A DNA stretch of 62,972 nt, counting the filler, from Octopus bimaculoides (taxonomy: Eukaryota): assembly GCF_001194135.2 (NCBI RefSeq). It is 6 parts of 6 records of this genome, joined end to end, with 100 filler letters (N's around TTAATTAATTAA, not from the genome) between each part and the next. Parts side by side here need not be neighbours in the genome. Positions count along the whole stretch, not along the records: positions 38,498 to 49,774 come from NC_069005.1; positions 49,875 to 61,716 come from NC_068987.1; positions 61,817 to 62,972 come from NW_026391764.1; 3 more parts are not named here. One strand, written 5' to 3'. Position 1 is the stretch's first letter. Each line of letters starts with the position of its first letter. The position numbers and the translations under genes are program-made. The notes below the pieces were generated by a model. That model made no database searches and had not been told where the DNA came from. It worked only from the letters and a program-made list of their open reading frames with translations. This document shows positions 49,396 through 61,920 of this stretch, piece by piece.

Positions 49396-49722
49396 ATGTC
49401 TCGCAGCAGTTTCAACAAGACGGTGCAATTACATTATCAGAAACATATCAGCACTCTAATTAGTAACAGTGTTTAATTGGTTAATTTAAATTATAAATCG
49501 GGGAAACTAATGTAGATATCACAGAAACTTACAAACTCTGACGTACTCACACACACACACACACGTGATTATGTATGTATGTATGTATATATATGTAAGT
49601 ATGCGTGTGTGAGTGTATGTGTGTGTGTGCATGTATGTGTACCTGTCTGGTGATATAATTATAGATATTTTCTCATAGTCGTCGATAAGGTATATTACAG
49701 AACGGTCTACCTATCTCTCTCC

Positions 49723-49774
<52 letters not shown>

Positions 49775-49874
49775 NNNNNNNNNNNNNNNNNNNNNNNNNN
49801 NNNNNNNNNNNNNNNNNNTTAATTAATTAANNNNNNNNNNNNNNNNNNNNNNNNNNNNNNNNNNNNNNNNNNNN

Positions 49875-50474
49875 GTGTTGTGGTATGTTTAAGTGTACTT
49901 CACCGCTTTCTTTGGTGATTAATTTTCTCGTTTCTATTATTTCTTTTGTTGTGTAAGACACAACAGTTTCACTTTGCTTCAAAGCTTCAGCGAAGTTTTT
50001 GTTTTTGTTATTGTTGTTATTGTTGTTGCTGGTGCTGGCACTGGTATTGGTGCCAGATGTGGTATTTGTGTCAGTGGTGTTGTGGCTTTTTCCTTCCTCT
50101 CTTTCGCTTCCTGCTGGTGAAGAGAGCAAAGGTTGAGTTGAACTATTGCTGCTGCTGCTGCTGGTGTTGTTGTTGTTGTCGTTGTTGGGGGTGGTGGTAA
50201 TGGTGACGTCACCAGAATTGGTGCTGACGTCAGATTCTTTGGAGACATTGTCTATGTTCTGTTTTGTAACCTTGGTTACAGTTTTGTTTTTGTTGTTGTT
50301 GGTGGTGGTGGTGGCGGTGTTAACACTTGAATTTGTGTGTGTAAATTCTTTTTTCTTTTTCTCCATTCTCTCGTTTAACTGTGAGGAAGGAAGACTAGGA
50401 AATTTTTTTTCGAACGAAACACTGCAAAATGCAGCGTTCGTGTCACAAAGATTTTCATGGCTACAAGACGCCAT
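49875..50474 (-). CDS. Candidate first coding exon of an unknown T/N/S-rich protein (200 codons, runs into a gap)
   Basis: Open for at least 226 codons; ATG in ACGATGG context (MASCSHENLCDTNAAF...); non-repetitive segments flank Thr/Asn/Ser runs; upstream GTAAGT donor (50640) and TTGTAG acceptor (50561). No homology recognised. Confidence 0.45.
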
Positions 50475-50670
50475 CGTCTCCAAAAAAAAATTGGTTTTTA
50501 TATCCTGGAAATGTGCCACACAGGGCAGATTTCCGTCGCAAAAAACTTGCACCAGAGAGTCTACAAGTTGTTATACAACTTTGTATATAAAATAAACTTT
50601 ACAAACAAACTTTTTAAAACATGAAAAAGGCAAAACTTACGGAGCCGACATGTCTACCGTCCGTCCGTAG

Positions 50671-50723
<53 letters not shown>

Positions 50724-53700
50724 TTGTTCGTATTGGTAATTAGCCTGAAGACTTGGTGGGTTATATTAAAGAGCTTGTCGCCAGTACGTATTTTAACGAC
50801 TGATATTTACGTTATCAATCTTGAGAATATAAAGGCAAAGCAGGTCTCTAGCAAATTAGAACTCAAAACGTAACGATCCGTAGACAGACAACTGAGGGTG
50901 CTTTTTTTCTATGCTAAGATATATATTCATACGAATACATACACACGCATATATGTCTGTGTACTTGTGTACTGGTGTGCATGAATGTGTGTGTGGGTGT
51001 GTGAGTGTTTATACGTGCATTGCATTATATACATATACACATCCTTGAAATCATTTTTAACCCTGGACATTACGTTGCAATTTAGAAATGAGAGTGATAA
51101 ACAGAAAATATACAATATTATTCTATTAAGAAAACACTCAAAAGAAATAAATTTTCCAACTTGATGTGAAATATTATTATTAGATTTAGTTGTTTATTCA
51201 TATTGTTAGAAATCTTTGTGGAGTGGAGAGGAAACTATCTTTAAAGAAATTAGATAAAAAAAAATGTGCGTAAGAGAAAACAAATATGACAGAAATAAAC
51301 GAATGATGGAGCGAAAGTAAATGCGATAAGTAATTTCAATTGAATGTTTAAACTACTTGAGATTCTTAAAGCCGTCTGTGACTCTAGGCATTCAATGCAT
51401 CTGACTATTCCATGAACCGAAACCTCTCCACTCAGCTCACTTTTGACAGATAATAGATATTGTATGGCCGTGAGACAAGATTCACTACTGATTGGCCAAG
51501 TCCTTCACTAAATTGAACAACACATGGTTGAAGCATCCCTCTAATTTTGTCTCACTTGTGGTTATGATGAAGGGCTTCGTAGATAATGGCTGTACTTTCC
51601 ATATTTATTAGGCCGTATTGGAAATCTATCGAACTGACATTCCTCGAAGCAGAGATATTAGATATTCATAGAGGACACACATTCCTTATTATCGAATTTA
51701 TTATCTTATGATATTATAAAATTGTATGAACCAGTAAATTTGAATGATACAAGTTTCAGAACAAGAGAGAAGATATTATATAAAAAATAAATAGCAGTTC
51801 TAATGAATATAGCAAAATATTGCTAATCTATGTAAAAATAATTAGAAGTCATTATTAATTGATTGTTAATTGCTTCAATCACTGATAAGCGTTCTGCATT
51901 TTTTTTTCTTTTTCTTTCTACCTGGTATCACTATTTTGCTGTAATATTCTGATTGGAAATGTTGGTATTGCAATATTTATAGCCCCTCTTCCACATTTGA
52001 GGCGATGGTTTTACACTAGGTAAAACCATCCTAGACCGCATAACAAGTGGCATGTGACTGCCGTATTGTTATGAAGTCCCTCACCAAGACACCCCGAAAC
52101 TTATGCTGTTTCTCCATAATTAAAGTCATAGGTGCTCTCTGGGTGTGATGTGTTCTGTGCCACTTCTAATTTGATTTCTTTCCACTCAAGCATTTACTTT
52201 AATCTTATCATCCATGTTACTCTTATAGTACCCGTCCTTCTGATCCCACAGCACAAACTCTCTCCTTTCTACTCAAATGATTTGATCGTCAGGTCACTTA
52301 TATATCTTCCCTGCTCTTGTTTTTTTCTGTTTTTACTGCAGTTCTCAACCTTCAAGAGACACGCCTCAAGTGTTGGTCTTATTGATCATATATGACCTAC
52401 ACAGAGACTACGTACCACTGCCTTGTGCAAACTAAAACACTAAAGGAAGTGTTTCAAAAAGCAGACAATACAAGTAATGTAGTAGTAACTGAGTAACTAT
52501 ACCAACTTGATTTTATTTTCCTATAATCTCCACATTATTATATTCAACGATGGTAAGATGGAAATTGGATTTTAAATTTGTTTTTTTATTATTTTAACAA
52601 TAGGCGTGTAGTTTCCATCACGAAGCTATCCAGTGGAAGCAAGAATGCATTTGTTACAAGATTTTTAATCGATTCATGCTGAAATTCAGACGACCGCTTA
52701 ACTGATTAATCGCTTCTAGAATAATGAAAAATATTGTTTTTACATCCTCTTAACAAAGAAAGAAATTACCTCTAATTGCAGAAATTTCATACGCACACAT
52801 ACAACATACACAATTACATAAAAATTGAGTTATATACGTACATACGTAATAAATATATACTTACATAAATAATATGCATTAAAACAGTACAGATGTAACA
52901 TCTATTAAATTACTATAGCTGAAATTTGATTGATAAAGTTCATTTCGATGAAAAAAATATAAAACATACAACAAAATAGAATATGAGTAATATACAAAGT
53001 AAGGAATTTGAAACCAGAATATTAAATGAAATATTCTCAAATACGATTATCTATTAATTTTTATACTGCTTTCTATAATTCCACTGGATGCACGATTTTT
53101 TTTAAACGACACTAGTATATGTTTCTATTTGGTACTTAGTCTTTCTGCCTTTTCTCACAACCACTAAGTAATGAATTGTAAAATACCACAATATAGACAC
53201 AAGTGTAAAAAGAAAAGTGGATAAAGACACAAATGCACACATATTGCGTGTGAGTACATATACATACACAAAGACACTAACGCACACAGATACACCGACT
53301 AGTATGCTTGGTATGTTTGCATGCGTGTGTGTGCGCGCGCGCGTGTGTGTGTGCGTGCGTGTGTGTGTGTGTGTGCATTTATGTACTATTCTGCTTTTAA
53401 TTATTTGAACTCTTCCTCTGAAAAAGGAGCTGCATTCTAAGAAAGATAAAAAAATCCATCGTTTAAATGTAGGTATGAAAAATAGTGTCACACTTTAAAG
53501 TTGACAAAAGTCTTGCATACTTATACTGTTTCGCTTACAGAGTGCATATGTGATGTGTACGTTGGTTGACTTCTTTTTCTTAAAACCCTAGCTTGTCTAT
53601 ATTTTCAGCTGGGTATTTACTCATGCAACCAAGAGCACTAATTTTGTTTTTCGTATAAATGTAAATTTATAAGTATATACAAGCTGGAAGTTTCGAAGCA

Positions 53701-55110
53701 ACTGTCCACAGTTGTTTTCATTCTCTTTGATTTCAAAGAGATATTCACATCGAGCCTCAACGCAGCTAATGAATATATTTAGCACATCTGTGGCTCATTC
53801 TGATTCACATAGCCACCTTAGTGATATATTGCGACAACTTACCTGATGAAGAAAGAAGATGAGAGTGATGACGAGTTCTGTAAAAGAGTGGAGTGTTCAA
53901 GTGAGTAGTGTTTATGAGTGATAAAGCAATCTTTCAACAGTTTACAAAGTTTATATTCCATAATAAGCAAGTGTCAGAAGAAACAAAACGAAAAAGTGAG
54001 AGATAGTTCAAAAGATTGAAAACATTAGTCGTGGGTATAAAAATTGAGAACCAGAACTGAAAATGAGAAAATGTGGACAACATAGTTGGAATGTACATTC
54101 ATTAAGAAGATGCACGTAGATCGCTTTATATTAGGTGAACTGGACAGGGATCAGTATATACATTCACATCATAACGACATCCAATTTGACAATGAATCAC
54201 CTGTCACATATCACAGCTGCTCAACGATACATATGACCTGCTACCCTTCTGTTTTCGATTTTATTTAAATCACCATTCTCTCGAATTTCGACCAAGGAAA
54301 GGTAAACAGCATATATTTCTCATTTGAGCTCACAAAAACAGATTTAACTTTTAAGCCTTTTCTTCGTTTGCACTCTTAAATAAGCACACACTACACCCAA
54401 GACATGCAGATTAAACCATTTTAGCGCATGCAGAACAAAAATGCACACATTTGCCCCATATTTTGTATGAGAAACACCGTACGGAAAATGCACTGCAATT
54501 CAACACACTTATACTCATATTAATGTACACGTAGGCGAAACTAGGCAAATGTCAAATGTACACACTTTCCAAAACCTTGTACAGAAACACTTACACACTC
54601 CCATCTGCCTATATATAACCACAAAAGTACACAGGTATATACTATGGAATTTATATACAGATACAATATGAAAATAAGCACATAGTGATGACCATACAAT
54701 TCCAATCATCATCAACTACTTGCACGCATTTATTTATTTATGATACAAATACACACAATGTTAGATACACACACTGAACATATACACACAAACACACAAT
54801 CACTACGCTCAGCATATATATACACTCGCAATTGTATACGTATACACAAAACTATTTATATATACACTTCTGAAATCATACACAGAGCTGCACATATCAA
54901 AAAACAGCAACCACTTACAACATATTCACATATACACACGCAATGATAGGAAGAGCCGACATCAAAGGATCAAAAAGATAATTTTCTGCATTACACACAT
55001 GATATATAAACAACCCCAACCCAAATAAACACACGAACTCAAACAGTTACATAAAGACATTAACATATACATGAAATGATTCACACAACGTCAGTAGCAT
55101 AAACACAGAT

Positions 55111-55255
55111 GTAGGTGTGACTGTGTAGTAAGAAGCTTGCTACCCAATCACATGATTTCCAGTTCCGTCCCACTGCGTGGCACCTTCAGCAAGTGTCTTC
55201 TACTACAGCTTCAGGCCAAGAGTCAAATTGATATACGGAAACTGAAAAAGCCCTG

Positions 55256-55258
<3 letters not shown>
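55111..55258 (+). mobile_element. tRNA-SINE family A, 5' fragment
   Basis: GTAGGTGTGACTGTGTAGTAAGAAGCTTGC...CCCACTGCGTGGCACC. Confidence 0.8.
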
Positions 55259-55310
<52 letters not shown>

Positions 55311-55327
55311 TGTGTGCATATAATTAT

Positions 55328-55371
<44 letters not shown>

Positions 55372-56104
55372 CAACAAAAGTATGATACTTGAGTATTAGG
55401 GGAATAGAGGAATTTATATTTGTAACTTCCCTTTTATTCAACGGTTTTTTATAGCNNNNNNNNNNNNNNNNNNNNNNNNNNNNNNNNNNNNNNNNNNNNN
55501 NNNNNNNNNNNNNNNNNNNNNNNNNNNNNNNNNNNNNNNNNNNNNNNNNNNNNNNNNNNNNNNNNNNNNNNNNNNNNNNNNNNNNNNNNNNNNNNNNNNN
55601 NNNNNNNNNNNNNNNNNNNNNNNNNNNNNNNNNNNNNNNNNNNNNNNNNNNNNNNNNNNNNNNNNNNNNNNNNNNNNNNNNNNNNNNNNNNNNNNNNNNN
55701 NNNNNNNNNNNNATATATATATAAATAGTTCATATATGTACGATAAGCTGCAAAAAAAAGGTTATTTTATAGTTCACCGTTAGCACTTATGGTTCGTGAA
55801 TGTGCGAATAAATATGTTTCATAGCTAGCGGATCCTCGGAAGTTTTAATTATCGAAAATGTTGGAAAGATCACAAGCTACTTTTCAGGCCAAAGATACCT
55901 TCCATACATGAAATTTAGGAGTTTGCGTGTTAGCTCATGCAATCAAGGTAGTCTTGGCCTGAAGAGTAGCTTGCAGTCTACTCTTCGTTTGGATAATTAA
56001 TATTACTGAAGTTCCACTAACTATGAGATATATGTACTCTGGATTTTACCTACTTCATTCCCTAACACACACAAACACATGTTTATGTGTGTGGGGGGGG
56101 CGTC

Positions 56105-56310
56105 TTTCTGTCTGTGTTTATCCCTTACTACTGCTTGACTACCGGTGTTGGTTTGTTTACGTCCCTGTGACTTATGGGTTCGGCAAAAAAGACCGAGAGA
56201 ATGAGTACTAGGTTTCAAAACAAAAATAACTATTGAGTTTGAGTCATTGGACTAAAAATTCTTCAAGGCCGCAGTCTAATGACTGAAACGGCCAAAAAAT
56301 ACAAGATAAA
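56105..56310 (+). mobile_element. tRNA-SINE family A, old 3' fragment
   Basis: GCTTGACTACCGGTGTTGGTTTGTTTACGTCCC...GGTTCGGCAAAA. Confidence 0.7.
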
Positions 56311-57050
56311 CGATATTATCTACAAATAACAGAAAGGCACAAAAACATACATAAGCTACACATACACTTTTACATAAACACGCTGATTATATATCAACAC
56401 ACTCTATTCATACATACAAGACTACTATTTTCTATAACATCCTTATACATATCCGCATAAGCAACCCATCAATCACAAACATGTATTATACACTCATGCA
56501 ATTGACAAACAAACATACAAACAGGCAAATAGATGCGTGTTTGTATTATGGACTACACATAATAATGTCTAGGACTACACTTAATAAAAAATTTAATCAA
56601 GCACACATAAACTTGCTACCAGTAAATGTTACCGCCAATTGCGAACCCTCAACATATGAAAAAAGTACTTTCTCTCCCTTCCGAATTCCTCTTCGCTGAA
56701 CATATGTACAAAGTGTGGCTGAACATGGGTTCTTGGGAAGATAATGCAAAACTTTAATTCATACATCAGATGTGACTATGATATCTGAGAGTATAAAAAG
56801 CTGGAAGTTCTTCTCAAGTTTTAAAGGATGAGGGTTAAACGAAGACGCTTTCCTTCACAAACTAGCTACTAAGTAGGTGACCACTCAAAATCTTCACTAA
56901 ATGAAAAAAAGAGAACATATAGAAATAGATATTAAAGTCTAAACTATTTTTTTACCCTTCACACTTTCTTTATTCATTTCCATATTTGCATATGTATAGT
57001 ACTGGGTTTGAACAATGCTTACCAATACCTATACAATACTTATACAATAC

Positions 57051-57183
57051 TCCGCCGAGGTCGACTTTGCCTTTCGTCCTTTCAGGGTGGATAGATTAAG
57101 TACGATTTACGTAATGGGGTCGATCTAATCGACTGGCTCCCTCCCCAAAATTGTTGGGCCTTGTGCCTTTAGTAGAAAAGAAT
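57051..57183 (+). mobile_element. tRNA-SINE family B fragment
   Basis: TCCGCCGAGGTCGACTTTGCCTTTC...GGGGTCGATCTAATCGACT. Confidence 0.8.
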
Positions 57184-57348
57184 ACTTATACAATTCTCCA
57201 CTCAAACTATGCTATGCCACAGCAGGCAGACAAGTATTTAGATATATACCTTCACGTAGTTACGTACATACATATGTGCGTGTGTGTATTTCATATATAT
57301 ATATGGGAGTATTGTAGCCCGCTTGAAGCATTGTGTATTGTTTGTAAA

Positions 57349-57604
57349 GAATAAAAAGTTTTGAATGGTACAACAATGCACTAAAATACAAAAAAATGGA
57401 CTACATACCTGTTGTAATTTAGTTATCCATAGTCCGATGATATTTCGGAATACAATTCCTTCTTCAGATATTCTTAGATGGGGTCGCTGAAGAAGGAATT
57501 GTACTCCGAAATATCATCGGACTATGGATAACTAAATTACAACAGGTATATAGTCCAATTTTTGAATTATAGTGCAATGTTGTACCATTCAAAACTTTTT
57601 ATTC
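57349..57604. mobile_element. Fold-back element (arms 57349-57467 / 57487-57604) whose inner ends are hammerhead-like cores
   Basis: Arms of about 118 bp around a 19-nt spacer; the right arm starts CTGAAGA-A-GGAAT-TGT-ACTCC-GAAA-TATCATC-GGAC and the left arm mirrors it. Confidence 0.7.
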
Positions 57605-58041
57605 ATATATATATATATATATATATCTATAAGGGCATTACTATACTTTGTATGCCTCACACTAAGGGGCTAGCTTTAAGAGTTGCATTTCCTCGCGTTC
57701 GGTAAAAATGTGTTTATTATGGTAGTTTGATCTTAGAGTCCCTCTTAGCGTTTGGCATTCTTGTATAGTAATGCCCTTATATAAATAAATATGTTTTGGG
57801 GAATAAATGATGAATATTTTCCCTTATGAGTTTTTTTCACGCTAGCTACTTGATAAATTCTTATAAAAGAATTCATCCTACTATTGAATTTATATANNNN
57901 NNNNNNNNNNNNNNNNNNNNNNNNNNNNNNNNNNNNNNNNNNNNNNNNNNNNNNNNNNNNNNNNNNNNNNNNNNNNNNNNNNNNNNNNNNNNNNNNNNNN
58001 NNNNNNNNNNNNNNNNNNNNNNNNNNNNNNNNNNNNNNNNN

Positions 58042-58075
<34 letters not shown>

Positions 58076-58296
58076 AATGTTGTATGCATGTAAGTATATA
58101 TTTATGTATACAGCACTCACATACACACACAAAGGGTTTTTCAAGTGTTATCATCCACAAATTCTATTCAAAGACTACAGATCAATCTAGTTGCTACGCA
58201 AAGGGACCAGAATCCAGAACCGTGTTGTTGCAACACGAACTTACTCGCTATATAGTGATGCCTACACGTCTTGGAGGCATTCATATTGGACTATAT

Positions 58297-58457
58297 TTTT
58301 ATTTCTTTATTGCCCATAAGGGGCTAAACATAGGGGGGACAAACAAGGACAGACAAGGGGATTAAGTCGATTACATCGAACCCATTGATTAACTGCTACT
58401 TATTTAATCGACCCCGAAAGGATGAAAGGCAAAGTCGACCTCGGCAGAATTTGAACT
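58297..58457 (-). mobile_element. tRNA-SINE family B with complete tail
   Basis: Body plus tail TTTAGCCCCTTATGGGCAATAAAGAAATAAAA on the minus strand. Confidence 0.8.
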
Positions 58458-58854
58458 ACATTGGACTATATTAAAATCTGCAGATTGGTTATCACGTAGA
58501 CTCTTGGACTATATTACGTAGACTATTGCACTCTATTAAAGTCTGCGGATTGGTCATCCCGTAGACTCTTGAAATTATACTTCTTTCACTCTTCTTTCTT
58601 CATCCGCGCCACCTATCGTCTTTCTCATATCATATCTTGCTTATCTACATAATCTCGCCTTGTCTCTATATCTTCTAACACACTCAACTCTTGCACAATC
58701 TCTTTGTTCTCTGCGTATGAACACTTCACTCGTCAAACTATCTCTCTCATCCACTTTGCTCTTGTTATTTATATCATCCGCTAATTTACCCGCAAGTTTC
58801 ATATTGTTATCAATACGTTCATTCTACTTTACCATTCACTTTGTTCTCTCTCTT

Positions 58855-58935
<81 letters not shown>

Positions 58936-59424
58936 ATTTATCTATCTATCTATCTCACTCTCTCTTTTTCTCTTGCATTCTCTTTCTATCTGTCTCTGTA
59001 TCCTCCTCTCTCTCTCTATTTCTCAATCTTTCCCTCTTTTTCGTCATTAGATCTACTTTTCCTCTCCTTACAGTTATTGTTCCCTATCGACTTCTAGTTT
59101 TCTACCTTCGATTTTCATCATTTTTACCCCTTTTATGGTCGTCAAGTCGACGCCTGTCCCTTTTTCTCCCTTTTACTTCTCTCTTTCACTTTTTCTCTCT
59201 CTCTTCCTCGGTGTTTTCTCACTCACTTATTCCTTTTCGCTCTTCCTCTCTGTCTCAATCCATTGANNNNNNNNNNNNNNNNNNNNTATATATATATATT
59301 TATATATATATATATATACCTATATGCAGTGAGAGAGTGAAGAAAGAGTAAGAGAGACAGTAAATGACTGAAAGTCTAACACCATCTTTTTAACTATGAT
59401 GAATAACATATATACGTGTATATA

Positions 59425-59456
<32 letters not shown>

Positions 59457-60094
59457 TTTTTTATATTTTTTTAGAAGTGAGTGAACACTTTAAAAATTAT
59501 ATAACGAGATTTAAAATATAAGAAAATACTAGACAAATTTTACGTAAATTAACTTGTTGGATAAAGGTGACATATATATCATTTCTGTAACAACCTGGTT
59601 ACTGAAACCTATATCACTATTAACGTAATTATAGTTCTGCATGATGACATCATCTTTAGATTTTTCAGCAGTTTTAAGATTAAAGGTTATAAGTAATGAT
59701 GGTGAAACTTTAGACCTCTAAGATATGAGATTGTAGAATCGCCACTTGAAAGATTTGTCTTCTTTATGTTATGCTTCTACAAAAGTTTGATAGTGTAGTA
59801 GATTGATTCAGGTTTTCAGAATTCAGCTCTTCAAGCTAAAGACATAACAATTATATATTTCTGCTGCTTACAATAGTAAGTTATGCTACTGATGGTATTT
59901 AGAAGTAGGTGGACCTTGTCACTTGTGAGTTAAATAAAATCGGTTATCTTCGAGAAGCAGGCAAGTTTTCGGCAAATATAAGTCAGAATGAGAATTTTAT
60001 AAATATCACATGAGTAAACGTTAAATAGAAAGTAAGTTTGGATATTGTTGCATTGCTCTAGAATGCTAGATAACATACCAAACTAGGTTTAGTC

Positions 60095-60203
<109 letters not shown>

Positions 60204-60587
60204 CCACATACATACATTCCATTTGTGTTATGCTTCGAAGAGATGCATGTTGCAAGAATTTTCGATTCTTGTCAAATAGAAAGAACTATTCCAAATTCGT
60301 GTGAGAGAATCCACGTAATGGTTTGGAACTGGTTAGTTTATATTAACATCGACTTGTATAAGTACAATAATGAAATGTATTAACTGGGGAAAGTTTGGTG
60401 TAAGAAATGAATTACCTCTTCTCTACTACGCAATGTTATGAAACGTACGTATTATACGCTTTCAAATTATCATTATTTGTTTTGACTTCCTTATTTATAT
60501 ATATATATATACATACATATACCGGAGTTAGCACATAAATGTGAAACAAGTTGGAAAAAATGGAACTCGAATACCAGAGGTAGAGTA

Positions 60588-60719
60588 ATATGCTTTATTA
60601 AAGAGCAGTAGAAATATCACAAAAAACTGTTACTCAGAGTTTCACGTCCGACGAACGGGAACGTGAAACTCTGAGTAACAGTTTTTATGATATTCCTGCT
60701 GCTTTATAATAAAGTATAT
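60588..60719 (+). mobile_element. Fold-back element (arms 60588-60647 / 60661-60719) centred on a hammerhead-like motif
   Basis: GT-CCGACGA-ACG-GGAA-CGT-GAAAC-TCTGA-GTA-AC spans the spacer and the right arm. Confidence 0.7.
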
Positions 60720-61239
60720 ATATGTACACCCCCGCAACTGTTAAGACCTTGTTTTATGTATGGTATTATCATAAATAAAAGAATAGGTACAAGCCAGACT
60801 TGTGTTGGGATTTCAGCAATCTGTAGTAATGGTCAGATTATGCATTGCTTTTCTGTGTCAGATATATCTAGCTTTTGGTTGTTGAACGTAGCTAGTTTGG
60901 GCAAACGCCTCTTGTCTACGGGTATAATAAATATAAAGAGCAGCTGTGTACATCTGTTTATACATAAAGTGTTTCCTAAAAATCGATAAACGTATTCTGT
61001 ACTACAATAAACTATTGAGACAAAGCACATAGGTCATCATGAAGTTATAAATTTGTGTTCGTAACACAAAAATTAGGTGTCTCTATTTATTATTTCTAGT
61101 GAGAGAACATTACAATAGCACAGTGAGATATTAGAATGAAACAGAAAATATTAATCAAACAGATAAATTTTGGGGAGTATCTTTTCATCCATCTCCCCGA
61201 ATATTTTATGCTTGACACTTAAACTATATTTCTACTATT

Positions 61240-61380
61240 TGTCGCGAGTAGAGTTAGTTGAATACAACGACCCCAGTAGTACTTATTTCATCGACCGCAA
61301 AAGAATAAAAGGAAAAATTAAACCTCAGTATAATTTGAACTCAGAAAGAAATGTCGGATGAAATGCAGCGATGCATTTTC
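61240..61380 (-). mobile_element. tRNA-SINE family B, old
   Basis: CGACCCCAGTAGTACTTATTTCATCGACC...AATTTGAACTCAGAA. Confidence 0.7.
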
Positions 61381-61398
61381 TCTGCTTCATTTTCGTTT

Positions 61399-61664
61399 AT
61401 AAACGAAAATGAAGTAGATTGACAAATTTATTTTTTGAACCAGTGGAAGACACGCAAGATGTCGAAATATTGTTCACGAGATAGCAAATGGCACTCTTCT
61501 TTTAATTTTGACTCTATATCTTCAGGAGGAGTTACCTCAATCCTTTCTATATAAGCGAAAATGAAGTAGATTGGCAAATTTATTTTTTGAACCAGTGGAA
61601 GACACGCAAGATGTCGAAATATTGTTCACAAGATAGCAAATGGCACTCTTCTTTTAATTTTGAC

Positions 61665-61665
<1 letters not shown>
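61399..61665 (+). repeat. Direct tandem duplication (152-bp period), each copy with a hammerhead-shaped motif
   Basis: TGAAC-CAGTGGA-A-GACA-CGCAAGA-TGTC-GAAA-TATT-GTTCA at 61436-61476 and 61588-61628. Confidence 0.8.
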
Positions 61666-61716
<51 letters not shown>

Positions 61717-61816
61717 NNNNNNNNNNNNNNNNNNNNNNNNNNNNNNNNNNNNNNNNNNNNTTAATTAATTAANNNNNNNNNNNNNNNNNNNNNNNNNNNN
61801 NNNNNNNNNNNNNNNN

Positions 61817-61920
61817 AAAGTCGACTTTGGTGGAATTTGAACTCAGAACATAGCAACAGGTGACATACTGCTAAGCATTTCATCCAGCACGCTAACGATT
61901 CTGCCAACTTGCCACCTTAA
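61817..61920 (-). mobile_element. tRNA-SINE family B head
   Basis: TTAAGGTGGCAAGTTGGCAGAATCGTTAGCGTGCTGGATGAAATGCTTAGC on the minus strand. Confidence 0.8.

Noticed and set aside
55958-55990. CTGAAGA hairpin GAAGAGTAG/CTACTCTTC
   Set aside because: The core itself is sequestered in the stem and there is no GAAA; an isolated 9-bp hairpin
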